Shown: in pieces, positions 1 to 13,349 of the stretch
Layout of the letters: every line of letters begins with the position of its first letter
Numbering within the stretch: position 1 is the stretch's first letter
NCBI RefSeq assembly: GCF_001194135.2
Contig: NC_069000.1
Coordinates: forward strand, 39,720,514 to 39,784,368
DNA from: Octopus bimaculoides
Taxonomy: Eukaryota
DNA: 63,855 nt
Reading direction: 5' to 3'
Notes under the pieces: generated by a model
Seen by the model: the letters and a program-made list of their open reading frames with translations, nothing else
Told to the model about the DNA's origin: nothing
The model's database searches: none
Made by a program: the position numbers and the translations under genes

Positions 1-47
1 GTGGTTTTGGTGGTGGTGGTGGTGGTGGTGGTGGTAGTGGTGGTAGC

Positions 48-96
<49 letters not shown>

Positions 97-148
97 TTGT
101 TGTTGTTGTTATTATTAGCATCATCATCATCATCATCATCATCATTAT
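1..148. repeat. Compound trinucleotide microsatellite (GTG/GTA/TTG/TTA/TCA)
   Basis: Directly visible runs; explains the poly-V/L/S start of ORF 1..390. Confidence 0.95.
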
Positions 149-708
149 TATTATTATGGCTCTTGTTCGTTTTTCTTCCCGTCGTTGCTCTTGCTGTTTT
201 TAGAACACCAGCGCTCCGAACCAAACTGTTGATGCTTTTTGTTATTTGGTGCCGTTCTCTGCTAGGAACAAGCTTTCACCTGGCAAATTTTGTAGATCTT
301 CGGGCAAAATATCTTGTCATAAACACATTCTTTGTTCTGATCACACCCAAGTTAGTTTCGCCTTTCATCATTCCAGACATGATCAACTAACAATCAGTCA
401 CTTACTTAATTCGATGAAATCTGCTTCTATTCAGCCAGCGATATTTTTGGCTATGTGCCTAAGCCTGCATTCATTGATCTATTTCCTTGAATATATTATT
501 AGTCATTGAAATGCAGTCATAGCAAACCCGATACTTACTGCAGACTCTATTTTATTGATGTCTGTTCATTGTACTGCAATATTGTGGAACATCGCATGAC
601 CATCACGTACACACATACGCGCATATACGCGTATACACTCACGAGCACATACACACTCACAAACACAAGTTCAGTTTTAACACTCACAGTCCTACACACA
701 CAGACATC

Positions 709-785
<77 letters not shown>

Positions 786-1172
786 NNNNNNNNNNNNNNN
801 NNNNNNNNNNNNNNNNNNNNNNNNNNNNNNNNNNNNNNNNNNNNNNNNNNNNNNNNNNNNNNNNNNNNNNNNNNNNNNNNNNNNNNNNNNNNNNNNNNNN
901 NNNNNNNNNNNNNNNNNNNNNNNNNNNNNNNNNNNNNNNNNNNNNNNNNNNNNNNNNNNNNNNNNNNNNNNNNNNNNNNNNNNNNNNNNNNNNNNNNNNN
1001 NNNNNNNNNNNNNNNNNNNNNNNNNNNNNNNNNNNNNNNNNNNNNNNNNNNNNNNNNNNNNNNNNNNNNNNNNNNNNNNNNNNNNNNNNNNNNNNNNNNN
1101 NNNNNNNNNNNNNNNNNNNNNNNNNNNNNNNNNNNNNNNNNNNNNNNNNNNNNNNNNNNNNNNNNNNNNNNN

Positions 1173-1206
<34 letters not shown>

Positions 1207-1240
1207 TGTGTGTGTATCTATATATATATATAAGCGTGTG

Positions 1241-1288
<48 letters not shown>

Positions 1289-1929
1289 CCAAGAAAGTTA
1301 GGGATTGGGAATCCAACCCACTAAAGAATAATATTTATCCAATATGCTGCCGGAAGGATACCCAATTATTATTACACTAGTGTTTTTACCAAGTGCAATA
1401 AATGGGTGCGGGTAGAACGATATTTTCCTCTTAATTTATACAGCAATAAGAAAATGGAGGGGAATATGTGATATTGTTTTTATTGTCCTCTTAGTTAATT
1501 AATAAATAAACAAGTAAATTGACATAATACAATGTCTGCAAGGTGATGAATACCACATCTTCAATTTAAGTATTTCGCAACAAATGTCTACCAAACAAAA
1601 TTTCATTGTATGTATTTTAAGTTTTTCTTTATTCTTTAATTTTAAGTTCCAACTTCAAATCGCGCCACATACTATAATATAGAATTGATTATTTCTGTTC
1701 TGCTGTTTCCGCTAATGCGAAACTGCATGTTTGAATAGTTCTAGTTGTGAATTCGAAATGATGCCAGTAAGTTGCTTATGAAAAGTCATAGCGTTATGTC
1801 TACGAAGAGATGTCACTTTCTTTACGCAACGCGGAATTACTACTATGTAATAACAGTTTGAAACCTATATCTACATTCAAAGAATATATCGAAAACTGTT
1901 TCTGAATTTCCTTTGCATTTCAGACTAAA

Positions 1930-2215
1930 ATACAGACGCCATCACACGGTAGACCTCGTTGAAAACAGTTACTTTATATCTAGACGCTAAGATTTTTATC
2001 TTTCCCTTCTCTCTTTATTGATGAATTACTAATAATCTACGACGAAATTGGAAAAAAAACGGAAACGAATAACTCATATTTCTTGCAGACTGTCATTATT
2101 TTCCAACTATTGAGAAAAATTTCGTTTCATAAACTTCTTAATAAAGATATAAGTTATGGCATGCTGAACGTTTCCGAAATAGTACTACACATGATTATAA
2201 CTGATTAGAAATGTT
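1930..2215 (+). mobile_element. Very degraded CR1/L2-like LINE reverse transcriptase fragment
   Basis: Broken translation ...KISFHKLLNKDISYGML... resembles the region after RT motif 3 (AFDKVPHKRLLxKLxSYGI). Weak, judged by eye. Confidence 0.3.
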
Positions 2216-2807
2216 AAGAAACTCGTAACAAGTAATAACGATACAAAATTAAGTGTATTTTATGCTTTTATTACCCTTATTTTTAATTTCAATTCAAAAT
2301 ATTATGAAGAAACCATTACCTACTGTGCATTAACTCTCAATGAGAATGCATATATATGTATATATACATACATATATATATATGCATATACATATATATA
2401 TATATATATNNNNNNNNNNNNNNNNNNNNNNNNNNNNNNNNNNNNNNNNNNNNNNNNNNNNNNNNNNNNNNNNNNNNNNNNNNNNNNNNNNNNNNNNNNN
2501 NNNNNNNNNNNNNNNNNNNNNNNNNNNNNNNNNNNNNNNNNNNNNNNNNNNNNNNNNNNNNNNNNNNNNNNNNNNNNNNNNNNNNNNNNNNNNNNNNNNN
2601 NNNNNNNNNNNNNNNNNNNNNNNNNNNNNNNNNNNNNNNNNNNNNNNNNNNNNNNNNNNNNNNNNNNNNNNNNNNNNNNNNNNNNNNNNNNNNNNNNNNN
2701 NNNNNNNNNNNNNNNNNNNNNNNNNNNNNNNNNNNNNNNNNNNNNNNNNNNNNNNNNNNNNNNNNNNNNNNNNNNNNNNNNNNNNNNNNNNNCATATACA
2801 TATGCAC

Positions 2808-2845
<38 letters not shown>

Positions 2846-2948
2846 TTATACATATATGTATATATGGGTGTGTGTCTACATGTATGTATGTATGTCTGTA
2901 CATGTGTATGTGTGTATGTATACACACGCGCGCGTGCACGCATATATG

Positions 2949-3352
2949 CAGGGTGCGGTGAATAAATTGTCGTCTAAATTACGCGGGAATGAAAATAGCA
3001 CTGACATTTTAACAGATATACTTACTAAAATTACATTCAAGTATCTTGAAATAAAATCGCCATTGGTTTCAACCACGGCCTCCAGACGACTTCGGAAACT
3101 CCTAGAATTCTTCTGGACGGCCGCCTTGTTTAAGTTGGTGAATGCTGCCATAATCCTTGCCTTCAGTTCATCTTTGGTGCTACTAGTAGTTTTTTTAGTC
3201 TCTTGCTCAACTGTGACTCACACATAATAATCAAGACGATTGCAGTCTGAGGATTTACATGGCCGGATGTTAGGAGTGATGTGGTCGCAGAAATTACCTG
3301 ACAGCCATGACTGGGTTCTCCTGCTTGTGTGGCATGGTGCAGAGTCCTGTTA
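2949..3352 (-). mobile_element. Tc1/mariner maT-type (DD37D) transposase 3' remnant with CAGGG terminal inverted repeat
   Basis: Minus strand reads QDSAPCHTSRRTQSWLSGNFCDHITPNIRPCKSSDCNRLDYYV*VTVEQETKK...RLEAVVETNGDFI. There are 37 residues between the second and third catalytic D and one in-frame stop. The element end CAGGGTGCGG is at 2949. Confidence 0.8.
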
Positions 3353-3503
3353 CTAGACATAGGGACTTCGAATCACCTGGACCTCTCGTTGTCGTAACCG
3401 AGGGAGTGCTGTCACATCAATCTCTCTCTGTCACACACATATATACATGTATGTACGTTGGTTGTGTATGTGCGTGCGTCTATGTATGCATAAATGCCTA
3501 TAA

Positions 3504-3559
<56 letters not shown>

Positions 3560-3569
3560 NNNNNNNNNN

Positions 3570-3621
<52 letters not shown>

Positions 3622-3667
3622 GTATATGCATACAGATATACATACATGTATTTTAACAGATAGATAG

Positions 3668-3815
3668 ATATGACGGGCTTCTTTCAGTTTTCGTTTCTCT
3701 AATCCACTCACGAGACTCTGGTCGGCCCGATGCTATAGCCCAAGGTGCCACGCAATGGGACTGAACCCGGAGCCATGTGGTTTAGAAGCAAGCTTCTTGC
3801 CACACACTCACGCCT
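3668..3815 (-). mobile_element. tRNA-derived SINE, family A (CORE-like, octopus OR-type)
   Basis: Reverse complement matches the 7114 copy (GTGGCACCTTGGGC CORE-like motif, GGTTCAGTCC B box), with an internal deletion. Confidence 0.8.
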
Positions 3816-4532
3816 TACTATCAGAAAACGATTTTTACTCATGTGCTGTACTCTTGGTTGACAAAGAGTTATTTTGCAAGCATACGGAATAAATTACTGT
3901 AACATAAAATTAAGTGTAAATGAAAAGCCAGCTTGCAGTGGTTTTCATGGATTACAAAACTGATTGAAAGATAGGAGATACTTATATTAAGAAGAAGAAG
4001 AAAAATAGGGACAATAATAACAACAGCAACAAGAAATTCCATTGGTGTACATAGTTAAATCTATGCATATAAATAAATATAATTATATATATACAACATA
4101 TATATATATANNNNNNNNNNNTGTATCTTTATTTATATACAATTATATATATACAACATATATATATATATATATATAAATACATATGTATATATATATA
4201 CTTATAGATAGTTATAAATGTATATGCATATATATATATATACATGTAGTTATATATGTACAAGCATGCATATATATTTAAATATACATAAATATAATCA
4301 TACATATATATGTATATATATACATATATATATAAAGAAATATATAGATATAAATGTATACACACACACACACATACACACACACACACACATACACACA
4401 CACACACATACACACACACACACATACACACACACACATACACACACACACATACACACACACACACACATACACATACATATATATATATGTATATATA
4501 TAAACTTATAGATAGTTATATGTGTATATGCA

Positions 4533-4599
<67 letters not shown>

Positions 4600-5240
4600 C
4601 CATATGCACATGCATACTTATATATGCATACATATTAAATGAGATTTCATGCAGATAAAAATCAAATATTTATACGTCACTAGTGTATGAACACCGAGAG
4701 TGGTTTTTACCTCTGCATCCGCATCAGTTAAGTGATCAACATTCAAGTAGTTGTTACATACGCTTTTTCAATAGTTAGTATTGCCGTGTTATTAATTCGT
4801 TATCGATATATTAATTTCCTGAATATTATGCACGAATTTCACCTCCCTAAATGTCTTTTCAAAACTAGCAATAGAAAGACACAGATCTTAAATTTGAGAA
4901 AAAAAAGTCTTCATGGTACGAAATTATGTTTTCAATTCTGTTAGAATATTAAATTTAGAAAAATGGATTTCAAGACTTATATATATCAGCATTAGTATTC
5001 TAGAATTTTTTTTATTTTCTCGTGAAATAGCAGCTAATCAGTATCATCAACTTTCCTAAGTGAAACAATGTTCTGCATTCGAAATTCCACAATATGTTTG
5101 GTATATATGCTACAAATTCGGATCGCGAATGTAAACTTCGTGTCGAAATTCTCAGATTATTTGCGTATTCTAGAAAATAAATATATCCTTTGTGGTGCGA
5201 TTGATTTCTTTCGGAAAGTCTGTCAGAACCCCGTTTGTGT

Positions 5241-5282
<42 letters not shown>

Positions 5283-5412
5283 NNNNNNNNNNNNNNNNNN
5301 NNNNNNNNNNNNNNNNNNNNNNNNNNNNNNNNNNNNNNNNNNNNNNNNNNNNNNNNNNNNNNNNNNNNNNNNNNNNNNNNNNNNNNNNNNNNNNNNNNNN
5401 NNNNNNNNNNNN

Positions 5413-5462
<50 letters not shown>

Positions 5463-5730
5463 CTTGTGTGTGTAATATTTTGGACTAGTGGGTATATGTC
5501 AATTAATGTGTTGATGTGTTGTTTAAAGCACTGGCGCGGTTTGGGCTACCTGGTGTCATCCGCAGTTGGGGCATATTTCCGTTGGATATACATCAGGAAT
5601 TCGGTTATGTCAGTTGACATAATAATTGGTTAAGGAAACAGAAGATGGATTTGGCATTGGTCTTTATTTTGTACGACGATCATTTCGACCCATCCTGATA
5701 CTGTCCCTTAAGGGCATGATTCTATGTATC

Positions 5731-5951
5731 TGTTGTGTCGACGCACCCAGGCGAAGTAGTAGTATCTCCCAAGACATATAAATAGAGGTAGTCTGGCTGT
5801 GGTAAGAGTGTTGAGTAGCAGTTGAGTAGCAGTTGTGTATCGGTTGAGTAGAGATCATCCGAAGGTGCTAGATAGCAGTAGCGTTGAGACAGAACAGTGG
5901 CGACGAGGATGAGATGCTCACACAGCCACTGTGTAGTATTGAGACATAACA
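5731..5951 (+). mobile_element. Short solo-LTR-like element (221 bp)
   Basis: Ends TGTTGTGTC...GACATAACA (8/9 inverted match), flanks GTATC/CTATC (imperfect 5-bp target-site duplication), internal TATAAATAG; a second copy is at 39126. Confidence 0.7.
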
Positions 5952-6257
5952 CTATCATACTGTGTTGCATCGATTTTGCAGTGTACATTCATACATAAAA
6001 TAGTGTTTCGCAATAGATCTTGAGTTTAGGCAGTCATAACAACATGACCACCATTTTGTTATGGTAAGAATTCAATATCTTTAGCGAGACACTGCTTTAT
6101 CTATGAATGTACCTGATGTGACCCAGACTGCAAAATGGATGAACACAACACGATGCATAGAATCCCATCCATAAGGTACAGTAACAGGATAAGTCGAAGC
6201 GATCGCCGTACAAAACAAAAACAATACCAAATGCATCAGTTTCCTTAATCAATTATA

Positions 6258-6296
<39 letters not shown>

Positions 6297-7046
6297 TTAA
6301 ACTGTGTACCAATGAGGGTTAATCTGTTCAACCCTTCAAAGTGATGCTCCAGCATAGTTGTACTCCGATGGCTGAAACAAAGCAAAACGTAATTAATTAA
6401 TCCTTAATTAGCGGTCAAAGTGCCGCACAGCGGGATTGGTCGCGAAACAGCATGGTTACAAAAGCGAGCTTTTTAACCTCACATACCTGATAGTGCAATT
6501 TTTTCTTTAAATGCAAAACCATAAGAATATTAAATGTAAGCCTGAATTACGGAATACTACACGCACCACAATTTGTTCCAGATGCATTGGCATTCTCACT
6601 TAATTCCTTTTACAATTTTAACAATTCATCAAGCTTTTTTTCAAACGTAATTTTTTTACTAGCTACATACTACCATATTTCTGATACACGTCTGACAAAT
6701 CTTCAGCTGCTGCATCACATTATCCTATCAATTGGTTGAATGAACAAAGAAATTATCAATCGTTTCAGTTACAACACGAAATAGGCTCATAAATGTTGTC
6801 TTCAGATTTTACATTGAAAATAAATCATCCTTAAAATGTGTTTCTTACAGTTTATAAACATTGCTGACAAATGACGAGACGGCAACCTCTTCATAGCATT
6901 TCTAAAAACAGTGACTTAATAAAATTCCATTTATTTCTAACTTTGTCAGTTCATTGAGCTTTTCTGAATATTATTAGCGGCCTTTTTTTTTATAGAATCA
7001 GTAAAAGAGTTTTGTTAGTTTTGCTAAAAATTATTATTATTATTAC

Positions 7047-7113
<67 letters not shown>

Positions 7114-7282
7114 GCGCAGGAGTGGCTGTGTGGTAAGTAGCTTGCTTATCAACCACATGGTTCCGGGTTCAGTCTCTCTGCGTGGCACCTTGGGCAAGTG
7201 TCTTCTAGTATAGCCTCGGGCCGACCAAAGCCTTGTGAGTGGATTTGGTAGACGGAAACTGAAAGAAGCCTATCGTATATAT
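7114..7282 (+). mobile_element. tRNA-derived SINE, family A (CORE-like)
   Basis: A box TGGCTGTGTGG, B box GGTTCAGTC, then GTGGCACCTTGGGCAAGTGTCTTCT (resembles the CORE domain); follows an (ATT)n run and continues into a gap. Confidence 0.85.
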
Positions 7283-7569
7283 NNNNNNNNNNNNNNNNNN
7301 NNNNNNNNNNNNNNNNNNNNNNNNNNNNNNNNNNNNNNNNNNNNNNNNNNNNNNNNNNNNNNNNNNNNNNNNNNNNNNNNNNNNNNNNNNNNNNNNNNNN
7401 NNNNNNNNNNNNNNNNNNNNNNNNNNNNNNNNNNNNNNNNNNNNNNNNNNNNNNNNNNNNNNNNNNNNNNNNNNNNNNNNNNNNNNNNNNNNNNNNNNNN
7501 NNNNNNNNNNNNNNNNNNNNNNNNNNNNNNNNNNNNNNNNNNNNNNNNNNNNNNNNNNNNNNNNNNNNN

Positions 7570-7824
7570 TGTCCATCTTCATGTTCTGAGTTCAAATTCC
7601 ACTGAGGTCAGCTCTGCTTTCATCATTTAGGGGTCGATAGATTAAGTACCAGTGAAGCACTGGTCGTCGATGCAATCGACTAGCCCCCCTCCCCAAAAGT
7701 TTCAGGCCGAAAGGATGAAAGGAAAAGTCGACCTCGGGGGAATTTGAACTCAGAACGTAGCGGCAGATGAAATACCGCTAAGCATTTCGCCCGGCGTGAT
7801 AACGTTTCTGCCAGCTCGCCGCCT
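7570..7824. mobile_element. Two family-B SINEs (Meta/MESC-like domain) fused tail-to-tail: + 7570-7706 and - 7707-7824
   Basis: B box GAGTTCAAATTCC and body GCCTTTCATCCTTTCGGGGTCGATAAATTAAGTACCAG occur in both orientations; a duplicated head fragment follows at about 7830-7855. Confidence 0.85.
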
Positions 7825-8394
7825 CGACGGCTAACGTTTCTGCCAACTCGCTGCCTACAGGTGTTTTATAATGAGTCAACAATGAACGTATTTGTTGATG
7901 TACTGGCTTTTGTCATTGTTTTTGTAATTTAACAGCATTTCAACCCAATTTGTGCATGCGTATAATGAACTTATTCCTGTTGGTGACGTCATGCACGTGG
8001 AATTGCTGAGAAGTTCCTTGTTTTGAGTAAAAGAAAATACTGGAGCATCAGTTAAATATGGTTTAATTCAACACATTCTCCTCCCAAGTTCACACCCATA
8101 TTGCAGCGATCCTTCAGATTTTCTAAGCCCACTGAAAGAACTCAGAAGTTTGGAACTACATCTAAGCCTTTCTAACAATTTTTTAGCACCCCTTCGTAAA
8201 TTGCACCGAGTACAATATTATCCTGACTAGCATTTTTTCAATAAAACATTTTGATGTGATTTGAGGAAATTGCAACGGTTATTTCTCGCACATCCTGCAT
8301 CCACCAATGATCTCCTTCATTGGCGTAGTAAAAATACAGTTGTATAACATGCAGTTAGTTGACAAAGTATATAAAATGATAGGTCGAATGGCTA

Positions 8395-8960
8395 CATAAA
8401 CCGGATTCTGAATGTCTACTTCTTAATTCAATATATGTCATCATTATCAATTTTCTCAAACAAGATATGACAACCATAATATATCAAGCGAATAACTTTT
8501 CACATTTCCCATATATGGTTGTGTGAATTGAATGATATCGGTAATAACTTTTGTTGCATTGTACGATTAGATTAACACATAAAAGAGAATACACAGAGAA
8601 TAAAAGCTGAATAGATTAGTAACTATATTGATATTTCTCTCTTTTGAACTAAAGATTGGTGTGGTATATAATACCATACAAGAGATAGTGCCATGTAGAC
8701 TGTATGCTTATTTTCAAGATTGTATTTATAGCAGTTGAGAGGAAATAAAAATACAGCAATTTATAAATTTATAGAAGGATCAGTGAAAGATTTTCCCATT
8801 TCTCAAATATTCAATCAAGTACAATATTTTGGGAACTGAATTTTGAGCAATGAAGGGAATCGGAGGTCACAGGATGACATTCAAACCAGTTCTTGGTTCA
8901 ACGCATTCCGAAAGATGAGGATGATATAATGCAAAGTTTATTTAAACCTTAAAGTGCTAA
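8395..8960 (+). mobile_element. Ancient LINE (RTE/CR1-like) reverse transcriptase remnant
   Basis: IYVIIINFLK..YD.I resembles RT motif 3 (FIDFxKAYDxI), followed by YG, ..KIGV and ..QYFG.. segments in RT order. A second copy of the motif-3 region is at 18480-18655. Confidence 0.45.
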
Positions 8961-9027
8961 GTTGCAAACTCATTGATGTTTCATAAGCAACACTTTAAAA
9001 AATCGAGGGAAAAAATAATACCTCATA

Positions 9028-9598
9028 GACGCAGGTGTGGGTGTGTGATAAGAAGCTTGCTTCCCAACAACATGGTTCCGGGTTCAGCCCCCTGCGTGGT
9101 ACTTTGAGCAAGTGTCTTCCACTATAGGGCGGACCAAAGCCTTGTAAGTGAATTAGTCCTTTCATCCTTTCGGCCTGAAACTTTTGGGGAGGGGGGGCTA
9201 GTCGATTGCATCGACGACCAGTGCTTCACTGGTACTTAATCTATCGACCCCTAAATGATGAAAGCAGAGCTGACCTCAGTGGAATTTGAACTCAGAACAT
9301 GAAGATGGACAAAATGCCACCAAGCACCTCGCCCGGCGTGCTAACGATTCTGCCAGCTCGCCTCCTCAATAATAATGACAAAACTACAAGAAGCCTATCG
9401 TATATCTATATTTATATATGTATATCTTATGTGTCTTTGTTTGTCCCCCCCACCACCACCAACCGATGTTGGTGTGTTACGTCCCCTTAATAAGCTGTTC
9501 GGCAAAAAAAAGGATACGGTAAATACTTGGTTTACAAGGCGGTGCTTCAGCATGAACACAGCCAAATGACTAAAACAAGTAAAAGAATGAAAGAATCT
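9028..9598 (+). mobile_element. Family-A SINE interrupted by an inverted family-B SINE (9157-9367)
   Basis: The family-A head (9028-9156) and tail (about 9380-9598, ...GGCGGTGCTTCAGCATGAACACAGCC...GTAAAAGAATGAAAGAA) are collinear around a full minus-strand family-B copy. Confidence 0.85.
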
Positions 9599-9808
9599 AC
9601 ATATTTGTTGCGGTCATTAAAATTAGTTGAACCAGTTGAACCAGTCCTATCTTAAAAGGACTGGAATTTATTCTTTCGATGGCTTTTGCGGAACTGCAAA
9701 GTTACAGGAACGTAAAGAAACAAACAGCTCTTGTCAACTAGTGGTGGGTTAGAAACACAAACAAAACGACACATACACACACATATATACACATGTATGC
9801 ATAAGTGT

Positions 9809-9845
<37 letters not shown>

Positions 9846-10430
9846 TGTGTAAGTGTGTGTGTATGTATGTGTGTGCATACATAAATATATAGATACACAT
9901 ATATATATATTTACAGATATATATATGTGTAGGTATGTATGTGTATATGTATATATATATAATGTAAATAATACATATATATACTCTATATATATATATA
10001 CTTCGCAAATGTTTAATATATTGGCACCTGGAATGAAAAAGAATAATTACATTGTAAATTCTAAATCCGCTGAAAACATATTAAGACGCTTAGATCAGGA
10101 ATGTTGAAAATTAAGGGTGTCTATTTACCTCCTACATGTCTTTGTGTATATTCTCTATAAATTCGTATACAAATCAACTTCATGTAAATGCTAACATTAG
10201 GTTTTCACAGGTAGCTGACCCACAAATGTTGCCAAAGTATTTTTCTTACGTATAAAGTTTATAGTAAGGAAACAAAATTGTCTTCCTCCTATCACTGCGC
10301 TTTTATAAATGAATTTCGCATATACATTACCTTATGGATTTCTTAATTATAATTATCAAAGTATCTGCAATTATCCAAGTGGCAACTCAGCCCAGACAAC
10401 ACTTTTGTCAAAGATCGTGACAACTCAGGA

Positions 10431-10780
10431 CAATAGTTCTCAACCGGGATTCATATAGCCCCTGAGGGTCCATAAAAGATTTTTGTCGGTCCACGCAACA
10501 AAATACTAAATCGAGGACCTACAATATTAATTTAAGGGTAGCTGAAAATATTTTCTTTATATGTGTGTATTAGTATGTATTACAAGAAACAGCTTGGCTT
10601 TTTTTGTCTAACATTTTACATAGTTTAAGTTATGCAAGTGAATGTCTGAAAAACAAAACAGGAATTTAGAAAGAAGTTTCTATAAAACTAGTTTTTAAAC
10701 ATGGAATGGCAATGGGGACCCACGAAATTGAAATAGCAATCAAAGGGTTCCATACGTAAAGAATGCTTCAGAACCCCTAC
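10431..10780 (+). mobile_element. hAT (Charlie/Buster-type) MITE
   Basis: Ends resemble CAGTGGTTCTCAACC...GAGAACCCCTG; internally collinear with a second copy at 45570-45916 (shared GAAAGAAGTTTCTAT..AAAC.AGTTTTTA.ACAT). Confidence 0.65.
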
Positions 10781-12149
10781 CTTAGGGGAGTACGTACAAA
10801 TTTAGCGAGAGCAATTTAGAATATCTCTTCAACTGCTGTTTTCCCTGCAGAACTAAATCTTTGCGATTGAATAGTTAGAAACAAATTCACAAATTTAAAT
10901 TGCAAAAAAGTTAAAATGTAAACAAGTAACAGAAAATAATTCCATCATATTACATTAATAACATCGTTTCCTAATTTAATGTGAAATTCACGTGATTTGG
11001 GAGCAACGAAAGTGACACTTTCCTTCCGAATGATTTCAGATAATGGAAAAGCACTGTACTTTTAATTAGATATTTACCTTCGTCCATTCGAGTTTTATCA
11101 CAAGTTATTTTAATTTGCAATTTAATATGAAGTTTTTTTGCATTATGCATTTTCGATTAGAATAACACCTGAAGCCGCTTAGAGCTACTTACTCTTACAA
11201 TATATTATATATATATATATNNNNNNNNNNNNNNNNNNNNNNNNNNNNNNNNNNNNNNNNNNNNNNNNNNNNNNNNNNNNNNNNNNNNNNNNNNNNNNNN
11301 NNNNNNNNNNNNNNNNNNNNNNNNNNNNNNNNNNNNNNNNNNNNNNNNNNNNNNNNNNNNNNNNNNNNNNNNNNNNNNNNNNNNNNNNNNNNNNNNNNNN
11401 NNNNNNNNNNNNNNNNNNNNNNNNNNNNNNNNNNNNNNNNNNNNNNNNNNNNNNNNNNNNNNNNNNNNNNNNNNNNNNNNNNNNNNNNNNNNNNNNNNNN
11501 NNNNNNNNNNNNNNNNNNNNNNNNNNNNNNNNNNNNNNNNNNNNNNNNNNNNNNNNNNNNNNNNNNNNNNNNNNNNNNNNNNNNNNNNNNNNNNNNNNNN
11601 NNNNNNNNNNNNNNNNNNNNNNNNNNNNNNNNNNNNNNNNNNNNNNNNNNNNNNNNNNNNNNNNNNNNNNNNNNNNNNNNNNNNNNNNNNNNNNNNNNNN
11701 NNNNNNNNNNNNNNNNNNNNNNNNNNNNNNNNNNNNNNNNNNNNNNNNNNNNNNNNNNNNNNNNNNNNNNNNNNNNNNNNNNNNNNNNNNNNNNNNNNNN
11801 NNNNNNNNNNNNNNNNNNNNNNNNNNNNNNNNNNNNNNNNNNNNNNNNNNNNNNNNNNNNNNNNNNNNNNNNNNNNNNNNNNNNNNNNNNNNNNNNNNNN
11901 NNNNNNNNNNNNNNNNNNNNNNNNNNNNNNNNNNNNNNNNNNNNNNNNNNNNNNNNNNNNNNNNNNNNNNNNNNNNNNNNNNAAATAATATTAAATTTTT
12001 AAATGTTCAAATTGGATTAAAATTAAATAGAAGTATTCTGAAAAAGATAAATATCTACTATTAAAGATTTTGAGAATTAAAACAAATTATTATAGTTCAA
12101 ACTTTCTATGAAGTTATTCTTTTCTACTCTAGAAATTTTTTGGTCAGGG

Positions 12150-12350
12150 ACCAGTCGATTAGATCACCTCTAGTACGCAACTGGTACTGAATTTATCGAC
12201 ACGAATAGGTTGAAAGGGAAAACCGACCTCGGCGGAATTTGAACGCAAAGACAGACGAAATACCTCTAAGCAATTCGCCTGGCATTCTAACGTTTCTTAT
12301 TTCTTTATTGCCCACAAGGGGCTAAACATAGAGGGGATTAAAACTATATA
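12150..12350 (-). mobile_element. Family-B SINE with the tail of a tandem unit
   Basis: Matches the reverse complement of the 43190-43440 copy, including AACGTTTCTTATTTCTTTATTGCCCACAAGGGGCT. Confidence 0.8.
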
Positions 12351-12559
12351 AGTTCTTCACAGCAAAAATTTGAAAATGAATTTAAGAAGGTCTCGCTGTG
12401 AAACATTACTGTTGGTAGCCGTATTTTGGAAGGTAGACGATTCCAGGAACTTATCGGATGAATTTTATAAATTTACAATTCAAATGTATAAAATTAACAT
12501 TAGAAACTCATAACAATTATTGGGATATATGAAGCATTGTTACGAGAAAATTGTCCACG

Positions 12560-13170
12560 AAGGCTTGTTGATCTGTCGATTGTTATATGGACGTAGCTCA
12601 GCGGAAATGATTTTCACAAGAGTCTCTTATGTTTCAGAGAAGTAGGCCTTTAATTGAATGGAAGAATATTTGGAATGTGTAATAAAAAGTAGCAGCAATG
12701 GGAGGAATGAAAGCTTGATTTCCAGTTAAAGTAATATCTGTTAGCAAAATTCTTACTATTTTCATTTAGTACATGATTTACGAGAGGTATTAGCATCTAA
12801 CAAAATTACTGCTGCTTGGAATACAGTATTACTAGACGCAGTTTAATTATTAACTTTTATAAACTTGTACACTAAATAGTCGCCTCTTCACAAATCCAAT
12901 TTCAGCAAACTTTATTAAAAACGGAAGTGCATTGTCTCTCAACTGGACAATTTTTGAAACGGTTATTAAAATTTTCAAAATGACATAATATTCCTGTCAG
13001 TGAAAAATTCAGATTTGGCTAATTTGTTTCACAAAGAAGATTGATTATGTAAATTAAGCTATTCCATTGATGTTTCTAGAAAACTTAATGAACTTAAAAT
13101 GTTTCGACAAGGAGGGGAAACCAATATTTTCAAATTAAATCTAAAATTCAAGCTTTCAATAATAAAAAAA
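12560..13170 (+). mobile_element. hAT Buster/Charlie-family transposase remnant (frameshifted)
   Basis: Fragments REVLASNKITAAWNTVLLDAV.IINF, LNSRLF, LLKTEVHCLSTGQFLKRL and LSYSIDVSRKLNELK.FRQGGETNIF..KIQAF match Buster motifs HREALA, HTEVRWLSRGKVL and LAYLADIFxKLNELNLSLQG. Confidence 0.75.
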
Positions 13171-13349
13171 ATAATAAATGCAAAACAGAAAATGATGAAT
13201 TAAAAATGTTTCCGTATACAAATGATGAAATTTTGAAAACGCACCGAATTTTCATTTGATCAAGCAAATGATAATTGATTATTTGCAAAGTCCAGAAGGA
13301 AAATTTTAGAAATAGTTGTGGCCAAAATTAAATTATAACCAATTAGATT

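Noticed and set aside
4060-4200. Direct repeat AATTATATATATACAACATATATA on both sides of an 11-N gap
   Set aside because: Most likely a contig-end overlap artefact.
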